Of a stretch of DNA of 64,000 nucleotides, positions 1 through 11,480 are shown one piece after another. This DNA is from Squalus acanthias (taxonomy: Eukaryota). The stretch covers positions 64,730,001 through 64,794,000 of the forward strand of contig CM059438.1 of NCBI GenBank assembly GCA_030390025.1, given 5' to 3'. The notes below the pieces were generated by a model, which searched no databases, was not told the DNA's origin, and worked only from the letters and a program-made list of their open reading frames with translations. A program made the translations under genes and the position numbers. Numbering within the stretch: position 1 is the first letter of the stretch; every line of letters starts with the position of its first letter.

Positions 1-95
1 GGGGAAAAGCAGAGTGAGCGGGACGAATTGGGTCGCTCTTTCAAAAAGCTGGCACAGGCAAGAGGGCCTCCTTCGGTGCTGTAAATTCTATGCTT
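1..95 (+). mobile_element. CR1-clade LINE 3' terminus (fragment at window edge)
   Basis: Resembles the CR1 3' ends elsewhere in the window (GGCCTCCTTC-GTGCTGTAAATTCTATG tail, cf. 50560-50600 and 55935-55978). Confidence 0.7.
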
Positions 96-765
96 GGCAT
101 CGGTGAGCCACTGGCCCCGATCTTGGCAGGGGTAGGTTGCGTAGGCGGATGGGGAGGTTGGGGGTGGGGGTGGGGGGGGCAGAGGGGGCAGCGGGATTTC
201 TGTCGGGTGAAGTTCGGGTTTCCCCACATGCTGTGGAGTTTGGACTAGTATTTTTCTTCTGTAAGTTCCCTGCCCGGAAGTCAGCCTGATTGACAGGCTT
301 GGCTTCCAGTCGGGCGGGGAGCACTCTGGAGCAGGCCTCAGGAGCAGGTAGAGAGCCTGCAGCAGCCACTGACAGCATGGGGCAGGATGGGGGGGGGGAG
401 GGGGGGGGTCTGATCTTCGATTCCAGCGGGGGTCTTTGTATGGGGGGGGTCTAATGTGGGGGTGGGAGCTTGGGGGGATGGGCGGAAGCACTCCTTTTCC
501 TCCTGGCCCACAAGCAGTGCTGTAAAGGCACTTACCTTCTCCCCAAAGCTGTTCACACCTCCCTTCAGCTGCCGGGTTTCCCGAGGCCTGGGAAACCTGG
601 CCGGCCACTGTTAAATCTGCAAATCTGTTAAATCAGAGGCTACCAGCCTCATTAAAATAGTTAATTGGCCAACTCGCCTCCTTAGAGCAGGTTGGCTGCC
701 CGCCCCATGTCCCACCTCCGTTAAACCCGGAAGTGAGTGGACTCGGGTCAGGTTTGAGATTTTTA
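96..765. mobile_element. Truncated GC-rich non-autonomous element, probably Harbinger-type MITE fragment
   Basis: G-run-rich, non-coding, carries the CACTTACCT motif seen in the other MITEs. It ends abruptly at the family A TIR. No TIRs of its own are visible. Confidence 0.35.
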
Positions 766-1656
766 GGTGTAAAAATTCAGTTGGTTGCGCCTCCCGTTAG
801 CGCCTTAAGAGGGCGCTAATGGGGCGCAAAGCCGCTAACGCCCGGGCGCAGCGATGTTTGCGCCGCTCGGGAACTTAACTTGACATTGTGCGGCGGCGCT
901 AAAACTTACCGCTGCGACCACCTACGCGCGCAGATTGTGACGTCATTCCATGGTGCAACACCCTTGTGGCGCCCCGGAGCGGAAATTGAGTGGCGCCCCC
1001 TGCCTTACCGCCTGGCGCTTCCAACGACCAGAAGACTGGAACGCTATCAATCGCTGTGGGGCTGGGGGGGCGCTATTTAAAGGGGGCCTCTTCCTGTCTT
1101 TTATTGTTGGTGGCATTTTTGAACTACGCATTCTGAGAGAGAGAGGGAGAGACTTCTGGAGAGATTCAACGTTGTGTGAAGGAGTTTTGGGTACTGAGCA
1201 GCACTTTGCAGGTTCATTTTGATTTGCCATTCCTTGTATCGATTTAGCAGAGACTGTGGGAGCTGCACTCTGAGCTCTTTGCCTGGTACTCTCCATTGTT
1301 CTTTCCAGCACATTTGATGTGCAAGTCTCTCCAGGCCGAGATTCAAGGCTGCAATGAACAGGATGTGGATGGAAAGCAAGATTAACCATCCCCTTTAAGA
1401 ACTGGCCCGTGCCATTGTGTGTGTGTTCCATTGCTGACTGACATTACATGAGCTTCGCCAGCGCTCTGAGTTAGCGCCTCACTGCTCGGCCTTTGCGCCT
1501 TAAGACAGGTGTGCAGCGCCTGCTTTAGCGCTCCACTCACCTCCCGGGGCGGTAAAAGTGAAGTTTCCAGTCAGTGCCGATAATTAGCGCCAGGCGCTAA
1601 TATTTGCGTCCAGACGATATTTGCGCCCAAATGGGGCGCGACCTAATTTCTACCCC
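766..1656. mobile_element. Harbinger-type MITE, family A, copy 1
   Basis: Imperfect TIRs GGTGTAAAAATT / AATTTCTACCCC. Collinear with the copy at 60921-61737. Many TAGCGCC/GGCGCTA subterminal motifs. No real ORF. Confidence 0.8.
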
Positions 1657-2394
1657 TGCGTGTTCCCGCGGGGGTAAGGCTTCCCCACGATATCTCACTC
1701 CGCGCCTACTTTTTTCCTCCGGGCCCACACGAACTTTAGTTTCAAGGCCAGTCCCACATGCAGCTGTGTTAGTGTGTGCGTATCCCAGAGACACAATTAG
1801 TTCATGCGAGCTCTGGGATCACGTGATTCAGTTAGAGCCAATGGCAGCACACCATCTTTCATTCATAGTTTTCACAGCAAGAGCTGTCAAAGCTATGAAT
1901 CCTACACACACCCAAAAGTACAGCTAAACCTCAATTAAATTTAAAAAAGCCATCACATTAATAAAATAAGTATAGTTAAATAAATTAACCACTTTAAACA
2001 AAAAATTAAATTTTTGAAAAAATTTAAAATCTGTTTAAAAGTTATAAAAATAAACTTACCTTTCTTTAAAGTCTCTAAAAAAGATAAACCTGTTGAAAAT
2101 TTTTTAAAATAACACTTAATTAACTACTTACCTTGTTAAAAAGGGGTCCTACGCCTGCTTTCTTTATGTGTAAAATCTTCAACACTTACCTGCGCGTTCA
2201 AAGCTGCAAAACTAACTAAGTGCACTGCGTGCGCGCAGCCTGTAGCGCGCACGCGGTTCACTAAGGAACCGCCCCCTTTTGAATTCACGAAGTGCCGGTT
2301 TCCCGCGCATGCGCAGTGCATGCAGGAAACCGGCAATTGGAGACCTAAAACGCGAGAGTACACAGTGCGTACTCTCGCGTATTAGGTCTAATTT
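1657..2394 (+). mobile_element. Harbinger-type MITE, family B1 (termini eroded)
   Basis: Collinear with 30887-31629 but lacks the first ~20 bp and a clear right TIR. GC-rich arms, AT-rich core, subterminal hairpin CGCGAGAGTAC...GTACTCTCGCG. Confidence 0.8.
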
Positions 2395-3096
2395 GTATAC
2401 TTAAATGTTTAAATGTAAGTCAGGAAGATTTTGTGTTCAATAAATAGTTAGTGTAATTATTTGTTGTCTGACTTATTTGATGATTTGGCAAGAAAGGGTT
2501 AATTCATTCAATCAGCAGCCTGTGGGTATCCTAATTGAGGTTTGGTGAGGTGTATTGACTGGATGATGTAATATGGTTCCGCAAGCCAAATATAGGCATC
2601 ATTCACTCCGAGGGCGAGAAATTCATATATTAACTGCCACCTGTTAGTGCCGGCAATTCTCGAAAAACTGGCGGTCGAAGCTCTTGCGCCAGCTGGAGGC
2701 GGTCCCCACCGCGGCCGCCATATGCGTGGGGCCCTTTGCGCTGCCAGTAACCTGTAAAAATAAAGGCGGCATGGTGACGTCAGCCGGTGAGCAATGCCGA
2801 CTTAACATCACCTATGCAAACTTCGACCCTAGTGCTCAATTCAGCGCTGGGTCGTAAGCACGCTCGGTTAACCTGGCATGCAAGCAGGCTGACAGACGCT
2901 GACAGGGGAGATAGCTGCAGCTGTTAAAGGGGCACACACATCAATCAGGTAAGTTTGAATGGAAGGGTTTGGCCTTGGTTTTTTGGATTTTATTGAAGTG
3001 GTGGCTTGCTGCAATAGATGTGAAAAGTGTTTCAAGTGTTTTGGGAGTGCTGCTGGACGCTTGCAAGGGCTCGGATGTAAAGTAAACGCGTTTGAG

Positions 3097-3205
3097 AAGA
3101 CAGAACATGCCGGGAATACTCAGCAGGTCACGCAACATCCGTGGAGTTCATGTCTCAGGTCGACAGCTGCCTGACCAACTGAGTATTTGCAGCATCTTAT
3201 GCTGT
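3097..3205. repeat. Short fold-back made of inverted Penelope-type terminal sequence
   Basis: ATGCCGGGAATACTCAGCAGGTCA...TGACCAACTGAGTATTTGCAGCAT is an imperfect inverted repeat. The right arm matches the Penelope tail at 33620-33660. Confidence 0.6.
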
Positions 3206-3434
3206 AATTTCACATTTATAGCATCCACTTGCAGAGGGAAGAGGAAGACACAGAAGAGGAGGGAGCCGAAGAAGAGGAATCAAATGGAAGGATGCATCCC
3301 AGACAGCCCCTATGTGGCTGGGATATCTGGGATGGAATCATCCGCCTGCAGTCCCACTGGCTGGGCAGGCTACCTCTTCTTGTTGATCCACTGGCTGGGC
3401 AGGCTGCATTTCTTGGGTGTGTGAAATGAGGAAG

Positions 3435-4551
3435 ACACATGGAATTGGGGGCAATATACTAGCATGGATTGAGAATTGGTTAACAGATAGAAAACCAAGA
3501 GTAGGGATAAACAGGTCTTTTCAGGATGACAGGCTGTAACTAGTGGGGTACTGCAAGGATTGGTGCTTGAGCCCCAGCTATTCACAATCTATATCAATGA
3601 TTTGGATGAGGGGACTAAATGTAACATTTCCAAATTTGCTGATGACACAAAGCTAGGTGGCAGTGTCAGTTGTGAAGAGGATGTGAAGAGGCTTCAAGGT
3701 GATCTCGACAGGCTCAGTGAGTGGGCGAGCACATGGCAGATGGAATATAATGCAGATAAATGTGAAGTTATCCACTTTGGTAGAAAAAACAGAAAGGCAG
3801 AGTATTTCCTAAATGGTGAAAGATTGGGGTCCTGGGTGTCCTTGTACAGGAGTCACTGAAAGTGAATGTGCAGGTGCAACAAGCCATTAGGAAGGCAAAT
3901 GGTATGCTGGCCTTCATTACAAGAGGATTTGAGTACAGGAGTAAAGAAGCCTTACTCCAATTATATAGGGCCTTGGTGAGACCACACCTGGAGTATTGTG
4001 TACAATTTTGGTCTCCTTACCTAAGGAAGGATATACTTGCCATAGAGGGAGTGCAACGAAGGTTCATGAGATTGATTCCTGGGATGGCGGGACTGTCGTA
4101 TGAGAAGAGATTGAGTAAACTAGGCCTGTATTCTCTTGAATTCAGAAAAATGAGAGGGGATCTCATTGAAGCATATAAAATTATTACAGGGCTTGATAGG
4201 GTGGATGCTGGGAGAATGTTTCCCTTGACTGGGGAGTCTAGAACCAGGGGCCACAGCCTCAGGATAAAGGGTAGGCCATTCAGGACTGAGATGAGAAGAA
4301 ATTTCTTCACACAGAGGGTGGTGAATCTTTGGAATTCTCTACCTCAGAGGGCTATGGAGGCTCAGTCATTGGGTATATTCAAAACAGAAGTTGATAGATT
4401 TCTGACTAGTAAGGGCTTCAAGGGATATGGCGATAGGGCCGGTGAATGGAGTTGAGGCAGAAGATCAGCCATGATCTCATTGAATGATGAAGCAGGCTCG
4501 AAGAGCCGAATGGCCTATTCCTGCTCCTATTTCTTATGTTTTTATGTTCTT
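3435..4551 (+). mobile_element. CR1-clade LINE, 5'-truncated (RT C-terminal part, internal deletion)
   Basis: ORFs 3560-3859 (FTIYINDLD, KFADDTKLGG) and 3862-4455 (LYRALVRPHLEYCVQFWSP, RNFFTQRVVNLWNSLP). Short-repeat tail TTCTTATG. Confidence 0.95.
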
Positions 4552-5699
4552 ATGGCACAAGGTTGGAGTTGTGCTGCCGGGAGGGCGGGAAACCTAGAGG
4601 TGCATGCCAGAAGGAAGATATCGTATGATGATACCCGCACCTTGTATCCTTTCAGCCCCGGCGCTGGCCAAGGGCTCAGCCATGCCCCTGCCAATAATGG
4701 CCTGCACCGTCTCCTCCAAGGGGTGAGGTGATGCTCGGAATGGTAGATGTGCCTCGTCATTGGTGCAGATTGTTGTCAGGTGAGTGATTGGGGGCCGTGC
4801 CGTGAGCAGTGTGTGAGGCTAGTGGTGCAGTTGGTAGGTGATGGTTTTTGAAGATGCATTCACTGACCTTGGCCAGTGGTCTGAGGTCATGAAGCTTCTT
4901 TGGGCACTGGAGCCAGGTGGTGGGGTGACACTGCTGGCAGTGACGGCCTTGGTAATGTACTCCCACATCGTTCTTTCTGGAGGGCCTCCTGGCCCCTGTG
5001 GGTAGAGGGCCAGCCTTGCAGTGTTGACCCCCTGCACAAAGCTGGAGTGCTGTGTGCGATGCCCTTGGTGCCCCTTCCCTGGCTTACTGAGCCATTTGTG
5101 GTAGTGCTGAGACAGTTTTCCCATTTGTTCAGTTTAGGAAGGTAATTCAGCTTTAAAAGCTGAATAATCACATTTGGAACTTCTTTTAAATATTGAATAT
5201 TTGTAAAAAAAAAAGACAGAAAGGGAAGGGCTGAAAAATGTATTGAATCAGCGCATTTTATTGTCCCTTGCTTCAATGTGCATGGCCCCTTTAAATTTCA
5301 GAGCTCCTCACTGCCCACAATGCATTTGAGAGCTGCACAGCCTCGCGCACAGACGCTCGGGGAAGCAGCAACGCCGCACCAAGACTACAAATTGATCCAG
5401 GATTCCTCGTGCAACGACACCAGGACACCGTTGCACCTAAAGTTAGTGCTGCGCCACCTACCACCATGGCCCCCACACCAACTTAGGTCGGTTAGCGCTG
5501 CGGCCATTTCAGGCGGCCGTTAACGGCAGCTGGCGGTGACACTGACTGCTTTGCTGGTGATCGCCAATTTTTCCCCCTTAGACATAAGCTGGGGAGTAAA
5601 ACCCAGATGGTTCCTTAAAGTATTCAGGTGAAGGTGGTTCAGGTGAAGGTGGTTCAGGATTTACCTGATTCCTTCTCATATGTTAATGAGCCTAGTCTA

Positions 5700-6685
5700 T
5701 TTACAATGCAGCAGCATGTTCCACATTCTTACCACTCTCGGTGTAAAGAAATTCCTCCTAAATTCTTTCTTTGATCTGTTAGTGGCAATCTTATATTTAT
5801 GCTCCGTTGTTCTGCACTTCCCCACAAGTGGAAACAGTTTCTCCACATCCACCCTGTCGAACTCCTTCATAATTTGAAAGACCTCTATCAAATCTCCTTT
5901 TAGTTTTCTCTTTTTCAAGGAGACGAGCTGCAGCCCGCTCAATCTTTCCTGACAGTTGCAGCCTTTCAATTCTGGCAACTTCCTTGTAATCTTTTTTGCA
6001 CTTTCTCCAGTACTTCAGTATCCTTTATGTAGTATGGAGACCGGAACTACACGCAGTCCTGAAAGTGTGGTCTAACCAAGGTTCAATATATATTTAACAT
6101 TGCCTCCTTGCTTTTGTATTCTATTCCTCTAGTAATGAACTGTAATACTTTGTTTGCATTCTTTATCGCCGTATCAACTTGCGTTGCTACTTTTAGTGTT
6201 TTATCTATCTGTATTCCCAGGTTTCTTTACTCCTTTACTCCATTTAGTTTCTTACCTTCCAGGAAATAAGTGGCCTCCTTATTCCTCCCACCAAAATGAA
6301 CCACCTCACACTTTGCTATATATTGAAATTTATTTTCCATTTATTTTCCTACTCTGCTGTTTATGTCTCCCTGTATTTTGTTGCAGGGATCCATATTATT
6401 GGCTATACCACCCAATATCATCTCATCTGCAAATTCTGACACCAGGCTTCCGATTTCTGAGTCCAAATCATTTGTGCATATGGTGAACAACCGTGGTCCC
6501 AGCATGGATCCCTGTGGGGCACCACTTCCCATTTTCGAGCAGTCTGAGAAACTTCCCTTAACTCTTACCCTCTGTTTCTGTTTTGTAGCCATCTTTCAAT
6601 CCATTCTGTTACCAGGCCCCTGACTCCATCTGCCCTGACCTTTTGTCATGAGTCTCTTATTTGGCACTTTATCAAAATCCTTCTT
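5700..6685 (-). mobile_element. Decayed CR1-clade LINE fragment
   Basis: Minus-strand remnants SGAPQGSMLGPRLF...EFADE and KGDLIEVFQIMK...RRNFFTPRVVRMWN. Confidence 0.85.
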
Positions 6686-6917
6686 AGTTTCTTTGAGTAT
6701 CGGCAGGTCCAATCCATCTGGACACAAGGTTTTGTCCTTCTTAAATTTGGCTCGTTTGTTTAGAATCTCCTTTCTTTCTATCTAAACTGTTGGAATATCC
6801 CTTTGACTTCTACCAGTGTAATTTCTTCTTTATTAATCTCTTCAGTGATTTATATATATAATATATAAAATGTGATCCTGTTATGTAATTTCTATTTTAT
6901 AATTGTAAATGAAATCT

Positions 6918-7288
6918 TCAGTGCAGTACTGAGGGAGTGCTGCATTGTCAGAGGTGCCGTCTTTTGGATGAGATGTTAAGTGGAGTTTGCTCTCTCGACT
7001 GGATGTAAAAAATCCCATGGCACTATTTCGAAGAAGAGCAGGGGAGTTATCCCCGGTGTCCTGGCCAATATTTATCCCTCAATCAACATCACTAAAACAA
7101 ATGATCTGGTCATTATCACATTGCTGTTTGAGGGGACCTTCCTTGCTGTGCGCAAACTGGCTGCTGCGTTTCCTACATTACAACAGCGACTACACTTCAA
7201 GAAGTACTTCATTGGCTGTAAAGCACTTTGGGACATCTGGTGGTCGTGAAAGGCGCTATATAAATGCAAGTCTTTCTTTTTTTTTCTC
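6918..7288 (+). mobile_element. Deu-domain SINE (SacSINE1-like), 5'-truncated
   Basis: Deu-type core (GGATGAGA-GTTAA...ATCCCATGGCACT...GGTGTCCTGGCCAA) and 3' end GAAAGGCGCTATATAAATGCAAGTCTTTC shared with other copies. Confidence 0.85.
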
Positions 7289-7994
7289 CTAATGAGAAAG
7301 CAAAGATCGATGTTATTCAGGCCTGAAAATGGAGATGATTTATTAAATTGGAAAATCTGATAAGCATTCCTAATATTAAATATGTTCATCTTCACAACTC
7401 CGAAGTATTTTGTTTTTAATTTGATTTAAAGATTGCCAGTTTAAGCGATGCGCTGCGATTGCAATCTTTTTGTGCTGTAAACATTCTCGCTGTTTAAAGG
7501 GAGAAGTGTTCCTTTTACAGATCGCCACATGCTGAATTGTAAAACTGTCAGTTGAACATATGCCACAGTTTGTTGCAGTCTTGTCTTCATCTGTGAGGCA
7601 CTTGAAATAAATTCAAAGTAGAAGCCATAATGTTTTAGTTGTTTGCATGTTAACATGGCATCAGATGTCCTCACTTCAGTAGATAAAACAAATAAGAAAA
7701 ATTACATACCAGACCACCGTCATGAATTTTGGAATATTACTTGCTGTGCAGACTGATGCAAAACAGCAGCTCTTCAATTTTTGTTTTTACCCTGAGAAGG
7801 ATTTTAATCTTGCCACTAATGTATCAGCTATGTTAGTGCTTTTGCGTCACTGTGAAGTAATTTGAGATTTGTATAAATTCAGGACTGGCAGTATAACCTG
7901 GGTGTGAAGCCACTGAACTGAAGGGGCGCCACATATCATTAAACTGAAACCTTGTCTGTCGGTTCTGGTGGCTTAGGGGGACATTAAAGATTTT

Positions 7995-8732
7995 GGGCTG
8001 GATTTTGATACTGGGGCGGGCTAGGGTTGTGTCATCCACTTTTCGTGTTATCCACCCGACTGCAATTGGATGTAGGAGATTGATGCGATTTTCACCTAAT
8101 TGGGCAATTGAGTTCCAGCATGTGGGAACCCATGAACCAATTAGTGTTTTCAGTCTGAAAGTCCCCTCTGATGATGTCATCATTGCTGCTGCATTGAAGA
8201 TCTGCAAAGACTGCCTGGCCTTTGCTGTGAGAGAACCTGTATGCAAAATGAGCAGCAGCAGCCCTAAGTCTGCTCCCAGATATTTTTGCACCACCACCAC
8301 CACTCCCAGATATGTCTATTATTCCTCCTCCTCCTCCTCCTCCTCCTCCATCTCCATCTCCATCATCATCTCCATCTCCATCATCATCTCCATCTCCATC
8401 ATCTCCGTTGTAATAGTGGACCTGCAGCTGATAGTCAGCTATCCAAATGTGCTCCCGCCAGGTTTCACATTCGTGGTTCACATAGAAAAATGGTTAAAAT
8501 CACAAAGGCCTTTCAATATGGCATTATAGAGGCAATTTAGTGCTTGTTAAGGGCCTTAACAGCCTATCCCGCCTCTTGGAGGCGGGACGGAGTCGGGACC
8601 AGCAGACACGATTTAATAAAAATTATGTGGAGGCGGGATGGAGGCGGGCTTGTGCCCACCTGCCAGTTTTCGCAATTTTAACCCCCCACATGCCTCCAAA
8701 CCCGCCTCCACGGGTCAATGAAAATCCAGCCC
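7995..8732. mobile_element. Harbinger-type MITE, family C, copy 1 (within an old SINE relic)
   Basis: TIR GGGCTGGATTTT / AAAATCCAGCCC with TTT TSD. Collinear with 20824-21579. Central (ACC)n/(TCC)n/(ATCTCC)n microsatellite. Confidence 0.9.
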
Positions 8733-8966
8733 TTTGTGTCTCGATTCAAAGAAGAAGAGGGAGTACTGGTACCTCGGCCAACATTCCTCATTCAACTAAG
8801 AACAGGTTAACTATAGATTCATCTGATTGCTGTTTGTGGGACATTGCTCGTGTAGAAGGGCTGCCACCTTTGTCATTGCAGCAACAGTTGGTGCACTTCC
8901 GAGTATATTCTTTGTATGCTTTGAGACATTTTGACATGATAAGGCACTAATACAGTAAGCTATAAT

Positions 8967-9728
8967 AGCCCGTATTTTCCGATCGCAGGCCTCCCACGGG
9001 CGGAGGCCTGCGATCTGGAAAAATCTGCGCCCTTACCTGAGGGCTCCCGTGACGCACACGCTTCCGCTCCTGGGCCTCTCCAAACTGCCGGTGCGCAGGG
9101 CCCACGTATCCCAGAGGCGCAGGTAGTTCGCAGCATCCCTGGGATCATGTGGGCCTTGGGGAGCCAATCAAAGAAGGGAATCTCCCTCCATACATTTGAC
9201 AGGAAGACCTGTCAATCATATAAATGGAGATCAATGAAAAAACATAGTAAAACTTTAAATACATTTTTTTTTAAAAATCACATTTTTAAAATGACTTGAA
9301 ATTACAATAAATTAAGTATTTTAAACAAAAATTTAATTTTTGGAAAAAAATAATTAAAGTTTTTTACGGGGCTAAAAATAAACTTACCTTTTTTTAAAAG
9401 TATTTTTAAATGATAAATCAGTGAAAAAAAAAATTCTTTTTACTTTTTTCGACTCTTATCCTGGTAAAAGCAGGCCTTATGCCAGCTTTTACCAGGTGCA
9501 AGAATCGTAAGGGTTTTCTGCGGGCGGAGGGTCTCCAAAAAGTAGAACTCTCCGCCCGCAGAGGCCCTTCTCCAGGGCAGCCGGAGGATCTGTCAAGACC
9601 ATTCTTGACAGATCGAAAATGCCGGTTTTCAGCGCATGCACTGTGCATGCCTGAAACCGGCATTTCCGATGTCCCTACGGGTGGGTACACAGCGCGTACC
9701 TACCCGTAGGGATCGGAATATCTGGGCC
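8967..9728 (+). mobile_element. Harbinger-type MITE, family B2
   Basis: TIRs AGCCCGTATTTTCCGATC / GATCGGAATATCTGGGCC, flanks AAT/ATT. Near-identical to 17796-18522. Confidence 0.9.
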
Positions 9729-9761
9729 ATTATTATACATTTTTGTAAGCAGTATGACTCC

Positions 9762-10115
9762 ACCTCAAGGAGCGCTGCACAGTCGGAGGTGCCGTCTTTC
9801 GGATGAGACATTAAACCGAGGCCTTGTCTGCCCTCTCAGGTGGATGTGAAAGATCCCATGCCACTATTCGAAGAAGAGCAGGGGAGTTCTCCCCGGTGTC
9901 CTGGACAATATTTATCCTTCAACCAACATCACTAAAGCAGATTATCTGGTCATTTTCTCATTGCTGACTATGGGAACTGGTGCGCAATTTGGCTGCTGCA
10001 CTTCCTACAGTACAATGCTGACTACATTCTTAAAGTACTTCATTGGCTGTAAAGGGCTTTGGGACGTCCTGAGGTCGTGAAAGGTGTTATATAAATGCAA
10101 GTCTTTCTTCTTTTT
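9762..10115 (+). mobile_element. Deu-domain SINE (SacSINE1-like), 5'-truncated
   Basis: Same core and 3' tail as the other copies. Confidence 0.85.
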
Positions 10116-10121
10116 TGTAGT

Positions 10122-11480
10122 ATAGGACCTTAGGAACCAGAGTAGACCAGTCAGCCCTTCGAGCCTGTTCCACCATTCTATTAGGTCATGACTGATCTGT
10201 ACCTCAACCCTATTTACCCGCCTTTGATCCATGTCCCTTGATTCCCTCACCTAGCAATTTCAATTAACCCAGCATCCACAGCCTTTTGGTGGAGAGTATT
10301 CCAGATTTCCACTACACTTTGTGTCAATAAGTGCTTCCTAATTTTAATCCTAGTTGACCTAGCTCTAATTTTAAGGTTACACCCCCTTGGTCTGGATTTC
10401 CCCAGCAGAGGAAATAGTTTCTCTGTATCTACCCTATTGAAATCCTTTGGCCCAGAAATTCGGCTCTTGTCGGGTGAGTACGCGCTGTGTACTCACCCGT
10501 AAGGCCACTTGAAGTGCTGGTTTCCTGCATGCACTGCGCATGCGCGGGAAACCGGAACTTCCGGTCTCGTGAAGGGACGGGTTCAGAGGTGAACCGCGTG
10601 CACGGTAAAGGCTGCGCGCACGCAGCGAACTTCGGTTTTTTTTTCAGGTTTCTCCGGGAAGGTAAGTATTGAAGAAGCTGCGCTTTTAAAAAGGAGGCGC
10701 AAGACCCGTTTTTAACAAGGTAAGTGGTTAATTAATTACAATTAAAAAAAATTTTCAACAGGTTTATCTTTTTTAGATACTTTAAAGAAAGGTAAGTTTA
10801 TTTTTAGCACCGTTAAAAAGTATTTTAATTTTTTCAAAAATTTAAATTTTTGTTTAAAGTAGTTAATTTATTTAACTTATAGTTATTTTAAAAATGTGAT
10901 TTAAAAAAAAATGTATTTGAAGTTTAGGTGTTGTTTTGGGGCCGATTTCAATTCATAGATTTGACAGGTCTTCCTGTCAAATCTATGAATGAAAATGCCT
11001 TGCTAGGATTGGCTCTCCATGGCCCACGTGATCCCAGGGGACGCGGCGAACTAACTGCGCCCCTGGGATACGCAAGCACTGCGCGCCGGCAGCTGGAGGA
11101 GGCCCAGGAGCTGAAGTTCTCGTGGGCCCAAAACACAACGGCAGTCGCGGTAGGTAAGTACGCGCGCGATGCTTGCACCCGCAGGAAGCCGGAAAACCGA
11201 ATTTCTGGCCCTTTATCATTTTAAACACCTCGATCAGATCACCACTCAATCTCCTAAACTCAAGGGAATACAAGCCAAGTTTATGCAATCTTTGCTCATA
11301 ATTTAACCCTTTAAGCCCCGTTATCATTCTGGTGAATCTGCGCTGTGCCCCCTGCCAGGCCAATATATCTTTCCTGAGTTCGGAGCACAAAGCTAAGTGC
11401 AAATAGAGTCTGACCAAGGCTCGCTACAGCTCACGTTTGTATTTCAGCCCTCTTGAGATAACGGCCAACATTTAATTACC
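10122..11480 (-). mobile_element. CR1-clade LINE 3' fragment split by a MITE
   Basis: Minus-strand LRKDILAWQGAQRRFTRMI...GDLIEVFKMIKG at 11212-11417 continues at 10448 once the MITE and one TTT copy are removed. CR1 3' UTR runs down to ~10122. Confidence 0.9.
10449..11211 (-). mobile_element. Harbinger-type MITE, family B (B1/B2 mosaic, inverted relative to the others)
   Basis: TIRs GGCCCAGAAATTCGG / CCGAATTTCTGGCCC with a perfect TTT TSD inside CR1. Confidence 0.92.

Larger units (their letters stand above)
2612..5577. mobile_element. Decayed PIF/Harbinger transposon with nested CR1 and Penelope-type fragments
   Basis: TIR-like ends GGGCGAGAAATT / AATTTTTCCCCC. Acidic transposase C-terminus-like remnant (+, ~3229-3420). 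Minus-strand Myb/SANT remnant ~4850-5050 (MWEYITKAVTASSVTP; TWLQCPKKLHDL..KVSE) homologous to exon 1 of the gene at 15518-15759. Confidence 0.6.

Noticed and set aside
5622..5657. 15-bp tandem duplication TTCAGGTGAAGGTGG
   Set aside because: A simple local slippage duplication with no further structure.
7833..8950. Overlapping ORFs with poly-S, poly-H or GD repeats, and the self-similar ORFs at 20782-21312
   Set aside because: Artefacts of microsatellites and the fold-back inside MITE family C. No protein family motif.
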